Shown piece after piece: positions 1 to 13,787 of a stretch of 64,000 nt of DNA (positions within the stretch are counted from its first letter, which is position 1; every line of letters starts with the position of its first letter). The position numbers and the translations under genes are program-made. Under the pieces are notes generated by a model that saw only the letters and a list, made by a program, of their open reading frames with translations, was not told the origin of the DNA and did no database searches. The stretch is from an uncultured bacterium. GTDB taxonomy: Bacteria > Armatimonadota > HRBIN16. The stretch is from NCBI GenBank assembly GCA_964650005.1, contig CAZYPZ010000013.1, forward strand, positions 8,942 through 72,941, in the 5' to 3' direction.

Positions 1-1
1 G

Positions 2-751
2 AAACAGATAGGTGAAGCATTTTTGCTGTATGCACCGGATTACGACGACAGGCTGCCCACGCCGGGCGGGCGCGCCGAGTATGGTCCCAACGGGGTCTGT
101 GAGTCCCCGCGTAACGGGTGGGTGCAGTCGTCCGGCCCCGGACTGGGCAAGGATGCCGGAGGCATCTTTCCGTACATCCGGTTCCGCAGCAACATTCCGG
201 GCGCCAATCCGTGGTGTTGTCCCAAGGCGAAGCCCGGGACGCGCGGGGCCTGGTCGCCCGGCCAGAACTATGTGATGAATGACTATCTGCGCATGGGTTA
301 TCCGGGTGAGGGGGTTACCCGCATCCCGGACTGTCGGTGCGGTTCGCCATATCGTCCATGCCCCGGCTATTTCGATGGCGTGCCCACGGGCACTTTGCCG
401 AATGCGGCTGAAGTGATCCTGGTGTTCGAGGCGGCGCAGAAAACAGACGGAAGCGTGGCGCGAAACGGCAGTCCTTACTTCAGTACGGCAGCTTCCAGCG
501 CCCATCCACCGGTTCCCGCGAACGCTCCGGCCATGTACCACTTGGGGGCGTGCAACCTGTTGTTCACCGATGGACATGTGAAGGCGATGAAGCCATATAC
601 GACATGGACTAACGACTCACGGGAGCAGGCATCACACCTTTGGCGTTATAACGCTCGGTACGCAGACCTTCTGGAACGCCTGGGCCATGGGGTACGTGGA
701 GGCCCTGTCGATCTGTGGGATCCGCAGCTGCCGGGTGTGGTGTATCCCTGA
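2..751 (+). CDS. DUF1559-type prepilin-like protein (H-X9-DG family), C-terminal fragment; the N-terminus lies outside the window
   Basis: Reading frame is open to the window edge. C-terminal HLGACNLLFTDG matches the H-X9-DG signature of DUF1559 proteins (Planctomycetota/Verrucomicrobiota/Armatimonadota-type). Confidence 0.55.
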   Translation, partial: KQIGEAFLLYAPDYDDRLPTPGGRAEYGPNGVCESPRNGWVQSSGPGLGKDAGGIFPYIRFRSNIPGANPWCCPKAKPGTRGAWSPGQNYVMNDYLRMGYPGEGVTRIPDCRCGSPYRPCPGYFDGVPTGTLPNAAEVILVFEAAQKTDGSVARNGSPYFSTAASSAHPPVPANAPAMYHLGACNLLFTDGHVKAMKPYTTWTNDSREQASHLWRYNARYADLLERLGHGVRGGPVDLWDPQLPGVVYP

Positions 752-824
752 ACCGGAGTCTGGCGTGGTTGCCGCGCAATGCGGCACAATGCTACGGATC
801 ACACCATGCGAACCGGAGGTATTC

Positions 825-1415
825 ATGCGGCTGGTACTGGCGTCTGCGTCTCCTCGACGCGCGGAACTGCTGGCATTGTTGGGTGTTCCGTTCACGGTGG
901 TCCCGGCGGATGTCGATGAACAGTGTGACCCCGGATGGACGCCCGAACAGGCGGTGGTGAACCTCGCCATCCGCAAAGCACTGGCGGTTCCGCAGCATGT
1001 TGAGCCCGATGTATGGGTGTTGGGCGCGGATACGCTGGTAGCTGTGGACGGTGAAATGCTGGGCAAACCGTGCGACCGTGCCGATGCGGTGGCCATGCTG
1101 CGCCGATTGAACGGCCGTACACACCATGTTTGGACCGGTGTTGCGCTGGCTCGCGCCGGTCGGATCGTGAGTGCGAAAGCGGAGTGTACCGGCGTTACGT
1201 TCCGGGCAGTCCCTGACGATTTGCTGCAGCGATACGTGGATACCGGTGAACCCTTTGACAAGGCAGGCGCATATGCCATTCAAGGGTATGGCGCAGTACT
1301 CGTGGCCCGGGTGGATGGGTGCTATAATAATGTAGTCGGTTTACCGACCGCGTTGCTATGCGATCTGCTTCAGGCAGAAGGGGTGCCCTTGCTCAACACG
1401 ACTGCCAACCGCTAA
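825..1415 (+). CDS. maf: Maf-like nucleoside triphosphate pyrophosphatase (septum formation protein Maf)
   Basis: MRLVLASASPRRAELL... N-terminus and Maf-family motifs throughout. GGAGGT RBS 5 nt upstream of the ATG at 825; the ORF-track start at 687 is an upstream extension. Confidence 0.85.
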   Translation: MRLVLASASPRRAELLALLGVPFTVVPADVDEQCDPGWTPEQAVVNLAIRKALAVPQHVEPDVWVLGADTLVAVDGEMLGKPCDRADAVAMLRRLNGRTHHVWTGVALARAGRIVSAKAECTGVTFRAVPDDLLQRYVDTGEPFDKAGAYAIQGYGAVLVARVDGCYNNVVGLPTALLCDLLQAEGVPLLNTTANR

Positions 1416-1453
1416 TTGTTCAACATTGTGATGAGTCTGTCGCCGTTTTACGG

Positions 1454-1482
1454 TTGACAGCGCCTTTTGTTTGTGTAATAAT
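1454..1482 (+). promoter_or_regulatory. Sigma-70-type promoter for rpoBC: TTGACA, 16-17 nt spacer, TAATAAT
   Basis: Perfect -35 TTGACA at 1454-1459 and an AT-rich -10 (TAATAAT, 1476-1482) in an otherwise GC-rich intergenic region, 35 nt upstream of the rpoB RBS. Confidence 0.5.
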
Positions 1483-1515
1483 TGATGTTTGCGTGCAGGC
1501 GTAGGAGGGTACCCA

Positions 1516-4500
1516 ATGACCGCCAGGACTGTACATTCGGCCAAGCAGACCTCTTGTGTACTTGAACTTCCCAACTTGATCTCCGTGCAACTGGATTCGT
1601 TCCGTTGGTTCCTGGAATCGGGACTCAACGAGCTTTTCCGGGATTTCTCTCCGATCAAGGACTTCAGTGGCACTCTGTTCGTCGAGCTGTTGGGCTTCAC
1701 TCTGGGTGAGCCCAAATGGAGCTTGGAGGAGTGCCGAGATCGAGACATGACCTTCGAGGCGCCCATCCGTGCCCGTGTTCGCATGGGGCAGGTGAATGGC
1801 GAAACCCAGGAAACAGAGCTGTACCTCGGCGACCTTCCGTTGATGACTGATAAAGGCACGTTCATCATCAACGGCCGAGAACGCGTCGTGGTCAGCCAGC
1901 TGATCCGTTCCTCGGGCGTCTACTTTGAAAACGTATTTGACCGGATCTTCCGAAAGGGAACACCTACGGGAGTCTGGCTGGAAACATACCTGACCAACCG
2001 TAACATCTTCGGCGCCAAGATCATCCCCAGTGAAGGCCCATGGATCGAGATAGACACCGCGTCCAATGACGTGGTAACCGTCAAGGTGGGCCAGGGCAAG
2101 GCGATCTGCGTGACGACGCTGCTGAGAGCGCTCGAGAGTTTCGAGCAAGCGTGCGAACCGCGCTTTATGAGACTTGGTGATGCGATCAACCGCCGCTATC
2201 TGGGCATACCGTATCAGGAGCGTGAAGAAGTCGACCCGGACACGGGCGAAGTGCTGATGCGTGAATGTCAGATCGAGCAGGTCGAGGGCTATTATCGGAC
2301 CAGTCCCAAGATCAAAGCTCAACCGGTTATGGATGCAGAGACCGGTGAGATCTACGTGATGCCCGGACAGATACTCGATGCAGACACGATCGGGCGCATG
2401 CCTGAGGCGGTCAAAGATCTGTATGTGGCGATCACCACCCCCACAAGCACGAATGAAGAGCTGCTCAACCTGTTCGGCACCCGAAAGAAGTTGGAAAAGC
2501 CCAACATCGAAGATTTGGAGCGCAAGTGGGCACTGACCGAGATCGTCAATCCGCGCAACAACAAGGTGCTTGCCAAGCCGTACCAGTTGATTGACAAAGA
2601 GCATGCCCGTCAGATCGCTGCGCTCGAGCTCGAGTCGGTCGAAGTGTTGGATGTGCCTTCGTTGATTACGGCTACGTTGGATCACGACGGAACGCACAAC
2701 AGCCAAGAAGCGCTGATGGATATCTACAAGAAGACACGGCCGGGTGATCCACCTTCCGAGCAGGCCGCTATGGAGCTGATCCGCAGCCAGTTTTATGACA
2801 GCCGTCGGTATGATCTGGCGCGGGTTGGACGCTATAAGCTGAACCGCAAACTTGGTATCCATGTGGCGCTGGACGTGCGCACAATCACCAAGGAAGACTT
2901 CATCTCGACGCTGGAGTACCTGATCCGGCTGACCGCCGGTGAAGGTGACATTGACGAGATCGACCACCTGAAAAACAAGCGCGTTCGGGCGGTGGGTGAG
3001 CTGCTGCAGAGCCAGCTGCGCAACGGGTTTGTGCGGATGGAGAAAGTGGCGCGTGAGCGGATGACCCAGGACCAGGATCACCTGGTGCCTCAAGCGATCA
3101 TGGCCATCAAACCCATCAGCGCGGCTATCAAGTCGTTCTTCGGCTCCAGCCAGCTGTCTCAGTTTATGGATCAAACCAATCCGTTGAGCGAACTGACCCA
3201 TAAACGACGCTTGAGCGCACTGGGCCCTGGGGGATTGACCCGTCAGTCAGCCACGCTGGAAGTGCGAGATGTCCATGACAGCCACTATGGGCGCATTTGT
3301 CCCATCGAGACCCCGGAAGGTCCGAACATCGGTCTGATCAGTCAGCTGGCCACCTATGCACGGGTCAACGAGTTTGGCTTCATCGAGACGCCGTATCGGC
3401 GCGTCGTGGATGGCAGAGTGACGGATGAAGTCGTGTACCTGTCGGCCGAAGAGGACGAGAAGTACCGCATCGCTCCCGGGGACACCCCGTTGGACAGTCA
3501 TGGCAAGATCAAGCAGGCGCGTGTGCAGGTGCGGCACCAACTGGGCCAAGACACGGTATACCCCGAAGTGGACCGTACCGAAGTCGACTACATGGATGTC
3601 TCACCGGTTCAGCTGGTGTCCATCGCCAGCGCGCTGATCCCGTTCCTGGAGAACGACGATGCCACGCGCGCCTTGATGGGGTCGAACATGCAGAAGCAGG
3701 CTGTGCCGCTGTTGCGTTCGGATGCCCCCGTAGTGAAGACCGGGTTTGAGCGTCGGGCTCTGATGGACTCCGGTGCGCTGGTGCTGGCTCGCCGGCGAGG
3801 CACCGTTCGCCAGGTGACCTGCACCGAGATTACGGTGAAGACGCCCGATGGCAGCCTGGATGTCTATCCGCTGATGAGCCATCTGCAGAGCAACCAAAGC
3901 ACGTGCGTCAGTCAGCGGCCAATCGTATCCCCCGGTGAACGGGTGCGCGAAGGTCAGGTGCTGGCAGACGGCCCCTGTTCTGACCATGGCGAGATGGCGC
4001 TGGGCAAGAACGTGCTGGTCTGCTTCGTGCCATGGGGCGGCTACAACTATGAAGATGCCATTCTGGTTTCACAGCGACTGGTCCGCGATGATGTCTACAG
4101 TTCCATCCATATGGAGCGATATGAGATCGAAGCGCGCGACACGAAGCTGGGACCGGAAGAGATCACGCGTGACATTCCCAACTTGGGTGAAGAGGCGCTG
4201 AAGGACCTGGATGAGAACGGTATCATCCGGATTGGCGCCCAGGTACAGCCGGAAGACATCCTTGTCGGCAAGGTGCAGCCCAAGGGGCAGAGCGAACTGA
4301 GCGCCGAAGAGCGCCTGATCATCGCCATTTTCGGCAAAAAGGCCGAGGAGACACGGGATGTGTCGCTGAAGCTGCCGCACGGTGAAAAAGGCAAAGTGGT
4401 GGACGTGAAGGTGTTTTCACGCTTCCGGTTCCGCTGCAAGTCCTGCGGCATGGAGATCAAACTCAGCAAAAAGCCCGAAGAGGCACAACCGGAATGCAAG

Positions 4501-5721
4501 CGCTGTGGCGGCAACACCGAAAAGCTGCCGCCGGATGAGCTGGCCGCCGGTGTGAACATGCTGGTGCGCGTCTACGTGGCCCAGAAGCGCAAGCTGATGG
4601 AAGGCGACAAAATGGCCGGACGGCATGGAAACAAGGGCGTCATTTCCAAGATCCTGCCCGATGAAGACATGCCATTCCTGCCTGACGGCACACCTGTGGA
4701 TATCGTCTTGAACCCGCTGGGTGTTCCGTCGCGTATGAACATCGGCCAGATCATGGAGACCCATCTGGGCTGGGCAGGGACGTTCTTCGATACCAGTTAC
4801 GAGAATCCCGCCTTCCAAGGCGCGTCCGAACAGGAGATCCTGCAGCAGCTGGCCCTCATGGCCGAAGCCACTCGGGCGCGGGTACTGCAGCAGTATGTGC
4901 GCTCGGAGCTGATGCTCGACCTGCAGTTCCATGCAGACGAGAGCACGGAAACGATGCTGAAGCGTCTGAGGGACCATTTGCTTACACTGCCTGTATGGCA
5001 GATCGAACGGATCGCTCGGGTGGTAAATGTCCCATCGCCCGTCTCACCCATCCTCATGGACTATATGGGGCTGGCATCGATCGGCTGGCGTGAGGCGGTT
5101 ATCGACGAGTCGATGCTGCCTGCTGAGCTGCGCGAAACGGCAGATCCCAGCATCATCGACGATATCATCGAGCATGTCAAACGAAACACCTGGGAACGGT
5201 GCGGTATCGATGAGAAAACCGGAAAGTGCCGCGTGCGCGACGGTATGACCGGTGAACCGTTCGACAATCCGCTGACGGTGGGTGTGATCTACATGCTGAA
5301 GCTGGCGCACCTGGTGGATGACAAGATCCATGCGCGGTCTACCGGTCCCTATTCGCTGGTGACCCAGCAGCCACTGGGTGGCAAGGCGCAATTCGGAGGC
5401 CAGCGTTTCGGCGAAATGGAGGTGTGGGCGCTGGAGGCCTACGGCGCTTCCAACACCCTTCAGGAGATGTTGACCATCAAGTCGGACGATATCCACGGAC
5501 GCGTCAAAGTCTACGAGGCGATCGTCAAGGGTGAGCCGATGATGGACCCGGGCATTCCCGAGTCATTCAAGATCCTGGTCAAGGAGCTGCAGAGCTTGGG
5601 ACTGCGTGTCAGCGCCTACGACATGGATCAACGGGAGATCAACTGGCGCGAAGAGGACGAGCAGGACGCGATGCGATACCGCCGGTTCTCATTCGACCAC
5701 GAAGGTCAGCGGGAGGTATGA
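1516..5721 (+). CDS. rpoB: DNA-directed RNA polymerase subunit beta, with a lineage-specific CxxC-X17-CxxC insertion
   Basis: Unmistakable RpoB signature blocks ([22 protein letters not shown] and others). AGGAGGG RBS before the ATG at 1516. Confidence 0.97.
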   Translation: MTARTVHSAKQTSCVLELPNLISVQLDSFRWFLESGLNELFRDFSPIKDFSGTLFVELLGFTLGEPKWSLEECRDRDMTFEAPIRARVRMGQVNGETQETELYLGDLPLMTDKGTFIINGRERVVVSQLIRSSGVYFENVFDRIFRKGTPTGVWLETYLTNRNIFGAKIIPSEGPWIEIDTASNDVVTVKVGQGKAICVTTLLRALESFEQACEPRFMRLGDAINRRYLGIPYQEREEVDPDTGEVLMRECQIEQVEGYYRTSPKIKAQPVMDAETGEIYVMPGQILDADTIGRMPEAVKDLYVAITTPTSTNEELLNLFGTRKKLEKPNIEDLERKWALTEIVNPRNNKVLAKPYQLIDKEHARQIAALELESVEVLDVPSLITATLDHDGTHNSQEALMDIYKKTRPGDPPSEQAAMELIRSQFYDSRRYDLARVGRYKLNRKLGIHVALDVRTITKEDFISTLEYLIRLTAGEGDIDEIDHLKNKRVRAVGELLQSQLRNGFVRMEKVARERMTQDQDHLVPQAIMAIKPISAAIKSFFGSSQLSQFMDQTNPLSELTHKRRLSALGPGGLTRQSATLEVRDVHDSHYGRICPIETPEGPNIGLISQLATYARVNEFGFIETPYRRVVDGRVTDEVVYLSAEEDEKYRIAPGDTPLDSHGKIKQARVQVRHQLGQDTVYPEVDRTEVDYMDVSPVQLVSIASALIPFLENDDATRALMGSNMQKQAVPLLRSDAPVVKTGFERRALMDSGALVLARRRGTVRQVTCTEITVKTPDGSLDVYPLMSHLQSNQSTCVSQRPIVSPGERVREGQVLADGPCSDHGEMALGKNVLVCFVPWGGYNYEDAILVSQRLVRDDVYSSIHMERYEIEARDTKLGPEEITRDIPNLGEEALKDLDENGIIRIGAQVQPEDILVGKVQPKGQSELSAEERLIIAIFGKKAEETRDVSLKLPHGEKGKVVDVKVFSRFRFRCKSCGMEIKLSKKPEEAQPECKRCGGNTEKLPPDELAAGVNMLVRVYVAQKRKLMEGDKMAGRHGNKGVISKILPDEDMPFLPDGTPVDIVLNPLGVPSRMNIGQIMETHLGWAGTFFDTSYENPAFQGASEQEILQQLALMAEATRARVLQQYVRSELMLDLQFHADESTETMLKRLRDHLLTLPVWQIERIARVVNVPSPVSPILMDYMGLASIGWREAVIDESMLPAELRETADPSIIDDIIEHVKRNTWERCGIDEKTGKCRVRDGMTGEPFDNPLTVGVIYMLKLAHLVDDKIHARSTGPYSLVTQQPLGGKAQFGGQRFGEMEVWALEAYGASNTLQEMLTIKSDDIHGRVKVYEAIVKGEPMMDPGIPESFKILVKELQSLGLRVSAYDMDQREINWREEDEQDAMRYRRFSFDHEGQREV

Positions 5722-5728
5722 GCGGTAT

Positions 5729-8700
5729 ATGACGGACGCGCGAAGCTTCGATAAGATCCGGATCAGCATCGCTTCTCCGGATGACATCCGAACATGGTCA
5801 TACGGCGAAGTCAAAAAACCGGAAACCATTAACTACCGCACGTTCAAACCCGAACGCGACGGCCTGTTCTGCGAGCGCATCTTTGGTCCCGTAAAGGACT
5901 GGGAATGCCACTGCGGACGGTACAAGAAACAGAAACACAAAGGCACCATTTGTGAGCGATGCGGCGTGGAAGTGACACGGGCCCGTGTGCGGCGCAGCCG
6001 CATGGGGCACATCGAACTGGCTTCGCCGGTAGCGCATATCTGGTACCTGAAGGCGTTGCCCTCGCCGCTTTCCCTGTTGCTGGACATTCCGGCCCGCAAC
6101 CTGGAAAAGGTTATCTACTTCGCGTCGTACATGGTGACCCATGTCGATCGCCTGCAGATCAACCAGGAGCTGGACGCCATCAAGGGCGCTTTGCGTGAAG
6201 TGATCGAGGACATGCACCAGCAACACGCCGCGGAAGTGGACCGTATGCGGCGTGAGCATAACCAGCAGGTGGAAGAACACCGCAACGCCGAGGGCGACGA
6301 TCACTGGGACGAAGACCAAATCCAGAGCAAGAATAACGCTTTGGAACGCCGTATTTTGCAGGAAGAGGCCGAGCTCAATGAGCGCATCGAAGAGATGCAG
6401 CGTGCCTTGGAAGGCACCGGTGACGCCGCTTCACTGGACAAGCTGGAAAAGAAGCAGCTGATCAACGATGACGAGTGGCGCGGGATTGAAAAGCTGCTGC
6501 GTGAAGTCAGTAAAAAGCTCGGCAAAGATCTGACCACACTGGTGCAGGCGTCTATGGGTGGTGCTGCCATCCGCGATCTGCTCAAAGAGATCGATCTGGA
6601 GCAGCTGCGGTTGGAACTCAAAACCGAGGCTGCCGGCGCGAGCGGGCAAGCCCGGCTGAAACTGATCAAACGCTTGGAGATCGTGGATTCGTTGATCGCC
6701 AGTCGCTGTCGACCGGAATGGATGATCCTGGAGGCGGTACCGGTGCTTCCGCCGGAGTTGCGGCCAATGGTGCAACTGGACGGGGGACGTTTCGCCACAT
6801 CTGACCTGAACGATCTGTATCGCCGGATCATCAACCGGAACAACCGACTGCGCAAGATCGTGGAGATCCGTGCGCCGGAGAGCATTATCAACCACGAAAA
6901 ACGCCTGCTGCAGGAAGCGGTGGATGCGTTGATTGATAACGGGCGGCGCTCGCGCCCCGTTGTGGGATCGAATAACCGCGCCCTGAAGTCGCTGTCCGAC
7001 ATGCTCAAAGGCAAAGAGGGACGGTTCCGCAAGAACCTGCTGGGCAAACGTGTGGACTATTCGGGCCGTTCGGTTATCGTGGTGGGGCCGCATCTGAAAC
7101 TGCATCAGTGCGGTCTTCCCAAAGAGATGGCACTCGAGCTGTTCAAGCCATTCGTGATGAAGAACCTGGTGGACCGTGGCGTCGCCACCAATGTGAAGCA
7201 AGCTAAACGGATGATCGAGCGGCTGAGCGATGCTGTCTGGGACTCCTTGGATGAGGTCATCCGCGAACATCCGGTATTGCTGAACCGTGCGCCGACCCTG
7301 CACCGCTTGGGTATTCAGGCATTCGAGCCGAAGCTGGTGGACGGCAAGGCGATCCAGATCCATCCGCTGGTCTGCACCGCGTTCAACGCGGACTTCGACG
7401 GCGATCAGATGGCTGTACATGTGCCGTTGAGTCCGCTGGCACAGGCCGAAGCGCGTGTGCTGATGCTGTCATCACAAAACCTGTTCTCACCGGCCAGTGG
7501 ACATGCGATTGTGGCGCCAACGCAAGACATCGTGTTGGGCTGCTACTATCTGACCATGACCAGTCCGGATGACTCGGACAATCAGGTGATCGGTTCAACC
7601 CCGTTGCCTATCGGGAGCGAGGTGGAATGGCTGCCGTTCCGCTCCGTGGATGAGGTGATCACCGCCTGGCAGGACCGCCGGCTGCGCTTGCACCAGCGGG
7701 TCAAGGTGCGAATCGAGCGCAACGGTGTCCGTGAGGTGGTGGAGACCACTCCGGGACGCCTGATGTTCCACCAGATCTTGCCTCCGCCCTTGAAGTACAG
7801 CGATGAATATCTCAATCGCACCATGAACAAGAATGAGCTGGGGGCGTTGGTGGTGACCTGCTTCGAAAAAGCAGGACATGAGGCCACGGTCAAGCTTCTG
7901 GACGATGTGAAAGACCTCGGTTTCCGCTTTGCGAAGCTGTCGGGTGTGACCATCGCGATGACCGATATGGATAGCCCGCCGGCTCGCGCCGACATTTTGA
8001 AGCGCACCTATGCTGCGGTGGAGCGTCTGCGCAATCGATATGACCGGGGATTGATCCGTATCGAAGACCGGAAAAAGCAGACTGTGGAGGCGTGGACCCG
8101 CGCAGGAGCTGAACTGGGGCAGGCGATCGTCGAATCCACCGACCATCGTAATCCGCTCTTTATCATTACCGACTCTGGAGCTCGCGGATCCCACAAGCAG
8201 CTGTCCCAGCTGGCGGGTATGCGCGGACTGTTCGCGGACGCTCGCGGCAACCTGATGGAGGACCTGCCGATCACGTCGAACTTCCATGAAGGGCTGTCGG
8301 TTTTCGAATACTTCGTGTCTACGCACGGAGCCCGAAAAGGAATGTCGGACACGGCGTTGCGTACGGCAGATGCGGGCTATCTGACCCGACGTCTGGTTGA
8401 CGCCGCGCAAGATGTGATCGTTCGCATTCATGACTGCCAGACGCAGAACGGTATATTTGTGCGGCTGAAGAGCCAAAACAACAATATCGTGGAGACGGTG
8501 GCAGAGCGGCTCTATGGGCGGATCGCCATGCAGGACCTCGAGCATCCGGTGACCGGAGAACGGTTGATGCAAGCCGGCGAGATGATTGGCGAAGATGCAG
8601 CGCGTCACGTCGATCGGTTGCTCATCGTTGCAGCCGGTCTGCTGGCGGCGCGGCAGACGCCGGAATGTCGGAAGGCGCATGCTGCATGGAAAGCATCTGG

Positions 8701-10384
8701 AGCGAGCTCTGACCTGCAAGCTCTGGCAGCCAGTATGACACAGCATGTTCCAGACAATGAGCTGACTGGCGAGTTTGCCCGTCTGGCGGGCAACCCGGAC
8801 GTCAACGCCGAAATGCTGGGCGTGGATAACTTACTGGATGCCGATGATCAGCGCATACAGGTCTGCCTGGAGATGGTGGAGACCGGCGTGAAGGTGCGTT
8901 CCCCCTTCACCTGCGAACACCAGCGCGGTGTCTGTTCCATGTGCTATGGGCGAGACCTGGCCACAGGACGCCTCGTCGAGATCGGTACAGCCGTTGGTAT
9001 CATTGCGGCAGAATCGATTGGCGAACCGGGTACACAGCTGACAATGCGTACCTTCCATACGGGAGGCGTGGCCGGAACGCACGTGGCCGGTGGTAAGCAG
9101 GCGTTCAACGCCCGCTTGAACCTGCTGGAAGAACTGCGTCATGACTATGCCAACCTGATGGTGAATCGCACGCCTTCCGAAGGCGACTTGCAGACCGAGG
9201 AGAAGATCAGTTCCAAGCAGTTCCGCGAACTGATGGATACCTATATCTCTCCGGCGGGTTCATTACCCCGGGTTATCGACCTCTTCATGGCCACGGAGGC
9301 ATTGAAGGGGCGCGCCATCATGTCAGAATACGAAGGCGTGGTTCGGTCCATAGAAAATCGCGACCTGATGCGCATGGTGGTACTCGAGGTTGTGCTGCCC
9401 GTAAGGGAGCATGGCGCCGAAGTGCTGGACAAGCGCTTGGCTGAGGACGTGTACGATCCGGCGTTGGCCGCGGAGAGCACGGAGTTAGAGCCGATCCTCA
9501 AAGCGGGAGAAGTGATCAAGGCGCCCCAGTTGGAGCTTCTGCTCAAGATGGGGGTTCGCCAGGTGAAGGCACGCGAAGAGGTGCTGGTGCCGGCGCGTGG
9601 TAACCTGAAGGTCGCTGTGGGACAGCATGTGATGCCCGGAGATGCCTTGACCGAGGGGTTGCTGCAACCGCGTGAGCTGCTCAAACTCAAGGGCGTGTCC
9701 GCCGTGCAGGAATATCTGGTTCAAGAGATCCAGAAGGTCTATAAGCAGCAGGGCGTGGATATCCATGATAAACACATGGAGATCATCGTACGTCAGATGC
9801 TGAAGAAACGGCGCGTCGTCGATCCGGGCGACACGCGTTTCCTGCCCGGGCGGATCGTGGACAAGTTCGTGTTTGAGGCCGAAAACCAGCGGGTTCGGAA
9901 TGAAGGTGGACGGGAGGCTACGGCCGAGTGGGTTCTGCAGAGCATCACTGAATCGGCTTTGACCACGGACAGCTTCCTGTCCGCTGCGTCATTCGAACGG
10001 ACCACGCACGTGCTCACCGAGGCGGCGGTTCGTGGAAAGATGGATGATCTGGTTGGCCTTAAGGAGAACGTGATCATCGGACGACTGATACCTGCCGGAA
10101 CCGGCTTCAAGCCATACGACCGGCTGGAACCCGTGCCGCTTCCGGAAGGTGAAACGATTCCCGACGAAGCCTTTAACCCGGTGCTTCAGCTGATCGAGGA
10201 CGATGGGCCGCTTACCCAAGGCACATTCGATACACACCAGTTTGGCCAGGATGATGGTTTGGTTGATCTGGTGGAAGACGAGGATCACGAAGTCGAGGCT
10301 CTTGGGGACGGTGAGTCGCCGATGGACCCCTTGGCCGAAGTCGATGATGACGCTCCGGTGTCATCATTTACCCAAGAAGACTGA
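5729..10384 (+). CDS. rpoC: DNA-directed RNA polymerase subunit beta-prime, 1551 aa with lineage-specific insertions and an acidic C-terminal tail
   Basis: N-terminus [54 protein letters not shown]. Zn-binding CHCGRYK...C...C motif and the NADFDGDQM catalytic loop are present. Confidence 0.97.
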   Translation: MTDARSFDKIRISIASPDDIRTWSYGEVKKPETINYRTFKPERDGLFCERIFGPVKDWECHCGRYKKQKHKGTICERCGVEVTRARVRRSRMGHIELASPVAHIWYLKALPSPLSLLLDIPARNLEKVIYFASYMVTHVDRLQINQELDAIKGALREVIEDMHQQHAAEVDRMRREHNQQVEEHRNAEGDDHWDEDQIQSKNNALERRILQEEAELNERIEEMQRALEGTGDAASLDKLEKKQLINDDEWRGIEKLLREVSKKLGKDLTTLVQASMGGAAIRDLLKEIDLEQLRLELKTEAAGASGQARLKLIKRLEIVDSLIASRCRPEWMILEAVPVLPPELRPMVQLDGGRFATSDLNDLYRRIINRNNRLRKIVEIRAPESIINHEKRLLQEAVDALIDNGRRSRPVVGSNNRALKSLSDMLKGKEGRFRKNLLGKRVDYSGRSVIVVGPHLKLHQCGLPKEMALELFKPFVMKNLVDRGVATNVKQAKRMIERLSDAVWDSLDEVIREHPVLLNRAPTLHRLGIQAFEPKLVDGKAIQIHPLVCTAFNADFDGDQMAVHVPLSPLAQAEARVLMLSSQNLFSPASGHAIVAPTQDIVLGCYYLTMTSPDDSDNQVIGSTPLPIGSEVEWLPFRSVDEVITAWQDRRLRLHQRVKVRIERNGVREVVETTPGRLMFHQILPPPLKYSDEYLNRTMNKNELGALVVTCFEKAGHEATVKLLDDVKDLGFRFAKLSGVTIAMTDMDSPPARADILKRTYAAVERLRNRYDRGLIRIEDRKKQTVEAWTRAGAELGQAIVESTDHRNPLFIITDSGARGSHKQLSQLAGMRGLFADARGNLMEDLPITSNFHEGLSVFEYFVSTHGARKGMSDTALRTADAGYLTRRLVDAAQDVIVRIHDCQTQNGIFVRLKSQNNNIVETVAERLYGRIAMQDLEHPVTGERLMQAGEMIGEDAARHVDRLLIVAAGLLAARQTPECRKAHAAWKASGASSDLQALAASMTQHVPDNELTGEFARLAGNPDVNAEMLGVDNLLDADDQRIQVCLEMVETGVKVRSPFTCEHQRGVCSMCYGRDLATGRLVEIGTAVGIIAAESIGEPGTQLTMRTFHTGGVAGTHVAGGKQAFNARLNLLEELRHDYANLMVNRTPSEGDLQTEEKISSKQFRELMDTYISPAGSLPRVIDLFMATEALKGRAIMSEYEGVVRSIENRDLMRMVVLEVVLPVREHGAEVLDKRLAEDVYDPALAAESTELEPILKAGEVIKAPQLELLLKMGVRQVKAREEVLVPARGNLKVAVGQHVMPGDALTEGLLQPRELLKLKGVSAVQEYLVQEIQKVYKQQGVDIHDKHMEIIVRQMLKKRRVVDPGDTRFLPGRIVDKFVFEAENQRVRNEGGREATAEWVLQSITESALTTDSFLSAASFERTTHVLTEAAVRGKMDDLVGLKENVIIGRLIPAGTGFKPYDRLEPVPLPEGETIPDEAFNPVLQLIEDDGPLTQGTFDTHQFGQDDGLVDLVEDEDHEVEALGDGESPMDPLAEVDDDAPVSSFTQED

Positions 10385-10398
10385 AAAATCGGTCAAAA

Positions 10399-10434
10399 AC
10401 AGTCCCTGCTGGCGTGCAATCCAGCGGGGACTGT
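10399..10434 (+). terminator. Stem-loop terminator candidate after rpoC
   Basis: ACAGTCCCTGCTGG / CCAGCGGGGACTGT: about 13-bp stem with one mismatch and an 8-nt loop, 15 nt after the rpoC stop. The U-tract is weak (TGTATGAT). Confidence 0.45.
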
Positions 10435-10692
10435 TGTATGATAAACGATGGTGTCTCGGCCGGGGCGGCTCGAGACTCGGTGCAATCTGAATAGCGTACC
10501 TGTCAGTTATCCTCCGCTGCCTGGCAGATGTCGGTGATCCGACTGATCATCGGTGTGATCTGTCTCCCTGAGGTTACCTCGAGGAGAGGATGCGGGAAGC
10601 AGGGAATCGTTTCCGCTTTCCGGCGTCAGAGGCAAGAGGCCACATGCTGAAGGCCCGCCGCGCTTCCTGCGCGTCAGCCGTCTGTCTGTGAT

Positions 10693-10724
10693 GCCTCTTC
10701 GCCTGTAAGGCGGAGAGGCTTTTT
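10693..10724 (+). terminator. Intrinsic terminator/attenuator hairpin immediately upstream of the rpsL RBS
   Basis: GCCTCTTCGCC-TGTAA-GGCGGAGAGGC followed by TTTTT. It ends about 20 nt before the rpsL GGAG RBS. Confidence 0.55.
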
Positions 10725-10750
10725 GATGGGGTAAGGAGCAGCCAAAACAC

Positions 10751-11122
10751 ATGCCCACAGTAAACCAGTTAGTGCGCAAAGGGCGCACACCCGTGGTGAA
10801 GAAAAGCAAGAGCCCTGCGCTCAAGGGGTGCCCACAGAAGCGTGGCGTCTGCCTGGTGGTGCGTACGGTATCACCCAAGAAGCCGAACTCGGCGCTGCGC
10901 AAGGTCGCCCGTGTCCGACTGACCAACCACGTGGAGGTCACCGCGTATATTCCCGGTGTTGGGCATAACCTGCAGGAACACTCGGTGGTGCTGGTTCGCG
11001 GCGGTCGTGTCAAGGACCTGCCGGGTGTGCGGTATCACGTGGTCCGGGGCGCACTGGATACAGCAGGCACCAACAACCGCAAGCAGGGCCGTTCCAAGTA
11101 CGGCGCGAAGCGGCCGAAGTAA
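10751..11122 (+). CDS. rpsL: 30S ribosomal protein S12
   Basis: [12 protein letters not shown]...[11 protein letters not shown]... Confidence 0.97.
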   Translation: MPTVNQLVRKGRTPVVKKSKSPALKGCPQKRGVCLVVRTVSPKKPNSALRKVARVRLTNHVEVTAYIPGVGHNLQEHSVVLVRGGRVKDLPGVRYHVVRGALDTAGTNNRKQGRSKYGAKRPK

Positions 11123-11141
11123 GTCGGAGGAGTAGGAAACA

Positions 11142-11612
11142 ATGCCGAGAAAAGGTCCGGCTCAGCGCAGGCAGATCCAGCCTGATCCGATATACAACGA
11201 CCTGATGGTCCAGCGTTTCATCAACCGCATGATGCTCGATGGCAAGAAGAGCGTTTCCGAGCGTATCTTCTACGGCGCGATGGAAGCGGTCGAGGCGAAG
11301 ACCGGTAAGCCCGCGCTGGAAGTGTTTCATGCCGCGTTGCGTAATGTGATGCCGCTGGTGGAAGTCAAACCCCGGCGCGTGGGGGGGGCCACCTATCAGG
11401 TGCCCGTCGAGGTTCGTCCCGAGCGGAAAACCGCACTGGGTATTCGCTGGATGGTAGGGTTTGCCCGAAAGCGTGGCGGGCGCACCATGATCGATAAGCT
11501 GTCTGCCGAGATCATCGACGCAGCCAATGGCACCGGCGCTTCGGTCAAGAAGCGTGAAGATACGCACCGTATGGCGGAGGCGAACAAGGCGTTCGCGCAC
11601 TACCGCTGGTAA
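11142..11612 (+). CDS. rpsG: 30S ribosomal protein S7
   Basis: [20 protein letters not shown]... with canonical S7 blocks. Confidence 0.97.
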   Translation: MPRKGPAQRRQIQPDPIYNDLMVQRFINRMMLDGKKSVSERIFYGAMEAVEAKTGKPALEVFHAALRNVMPLVEVKPRRVGGATYQVPVEVRPERKTALGIRWMVGFARKRGGRTMIDKLSAEIIDAANGTGASVKKREDTHRMAEANKAFAHYRW

Positions 11613-11656
11613 GGCCGCGACAGAGCCGAGAGTCGCACGAGGAGTTTCCGTTTTAG

Positions 11657-13750
<2,094 letters not shown>

Positions 13751-13787
13751 CGGGATACCGGCAGGTCTATGAGGAGGTAGTCCAGAA

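Noticed and set aside
1420-3201. 593-aa ORF on the minus strand, and many similar long antisense ORFs (for example 6431-7420, 7595-8746, 21828-23483, 33825-34847, 36028-37068, 44760-45614, 47000-47764, 49333-50403)
   Set aside because: They lie entirely antisense to strongly supported genes (rpoB, rpoC, the EF-G-like gene, rplM/rpsI and others). They have Arg/His/Gly/Pro-rich composition typical of GC-rich antisense frames, no RBS, and no recognisable domains.
5606-5728. ORF-track rpoC start at 5606 overlapping the end of rpoB
   Set aside because: The conserved beta-prime N-terminus begins at [19 protein letters not shown] (ATG at 5729), 8 nt after the rpoB stop. The upstream extension is out-of-frame overlap.
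10507-11013. 168-aa minus-strand ORF spanning the rpsL leader and rpsL
   Set aside because: Antisense to rpsL, no homology. The region is better explained as a structured leader plus the S12 gene.
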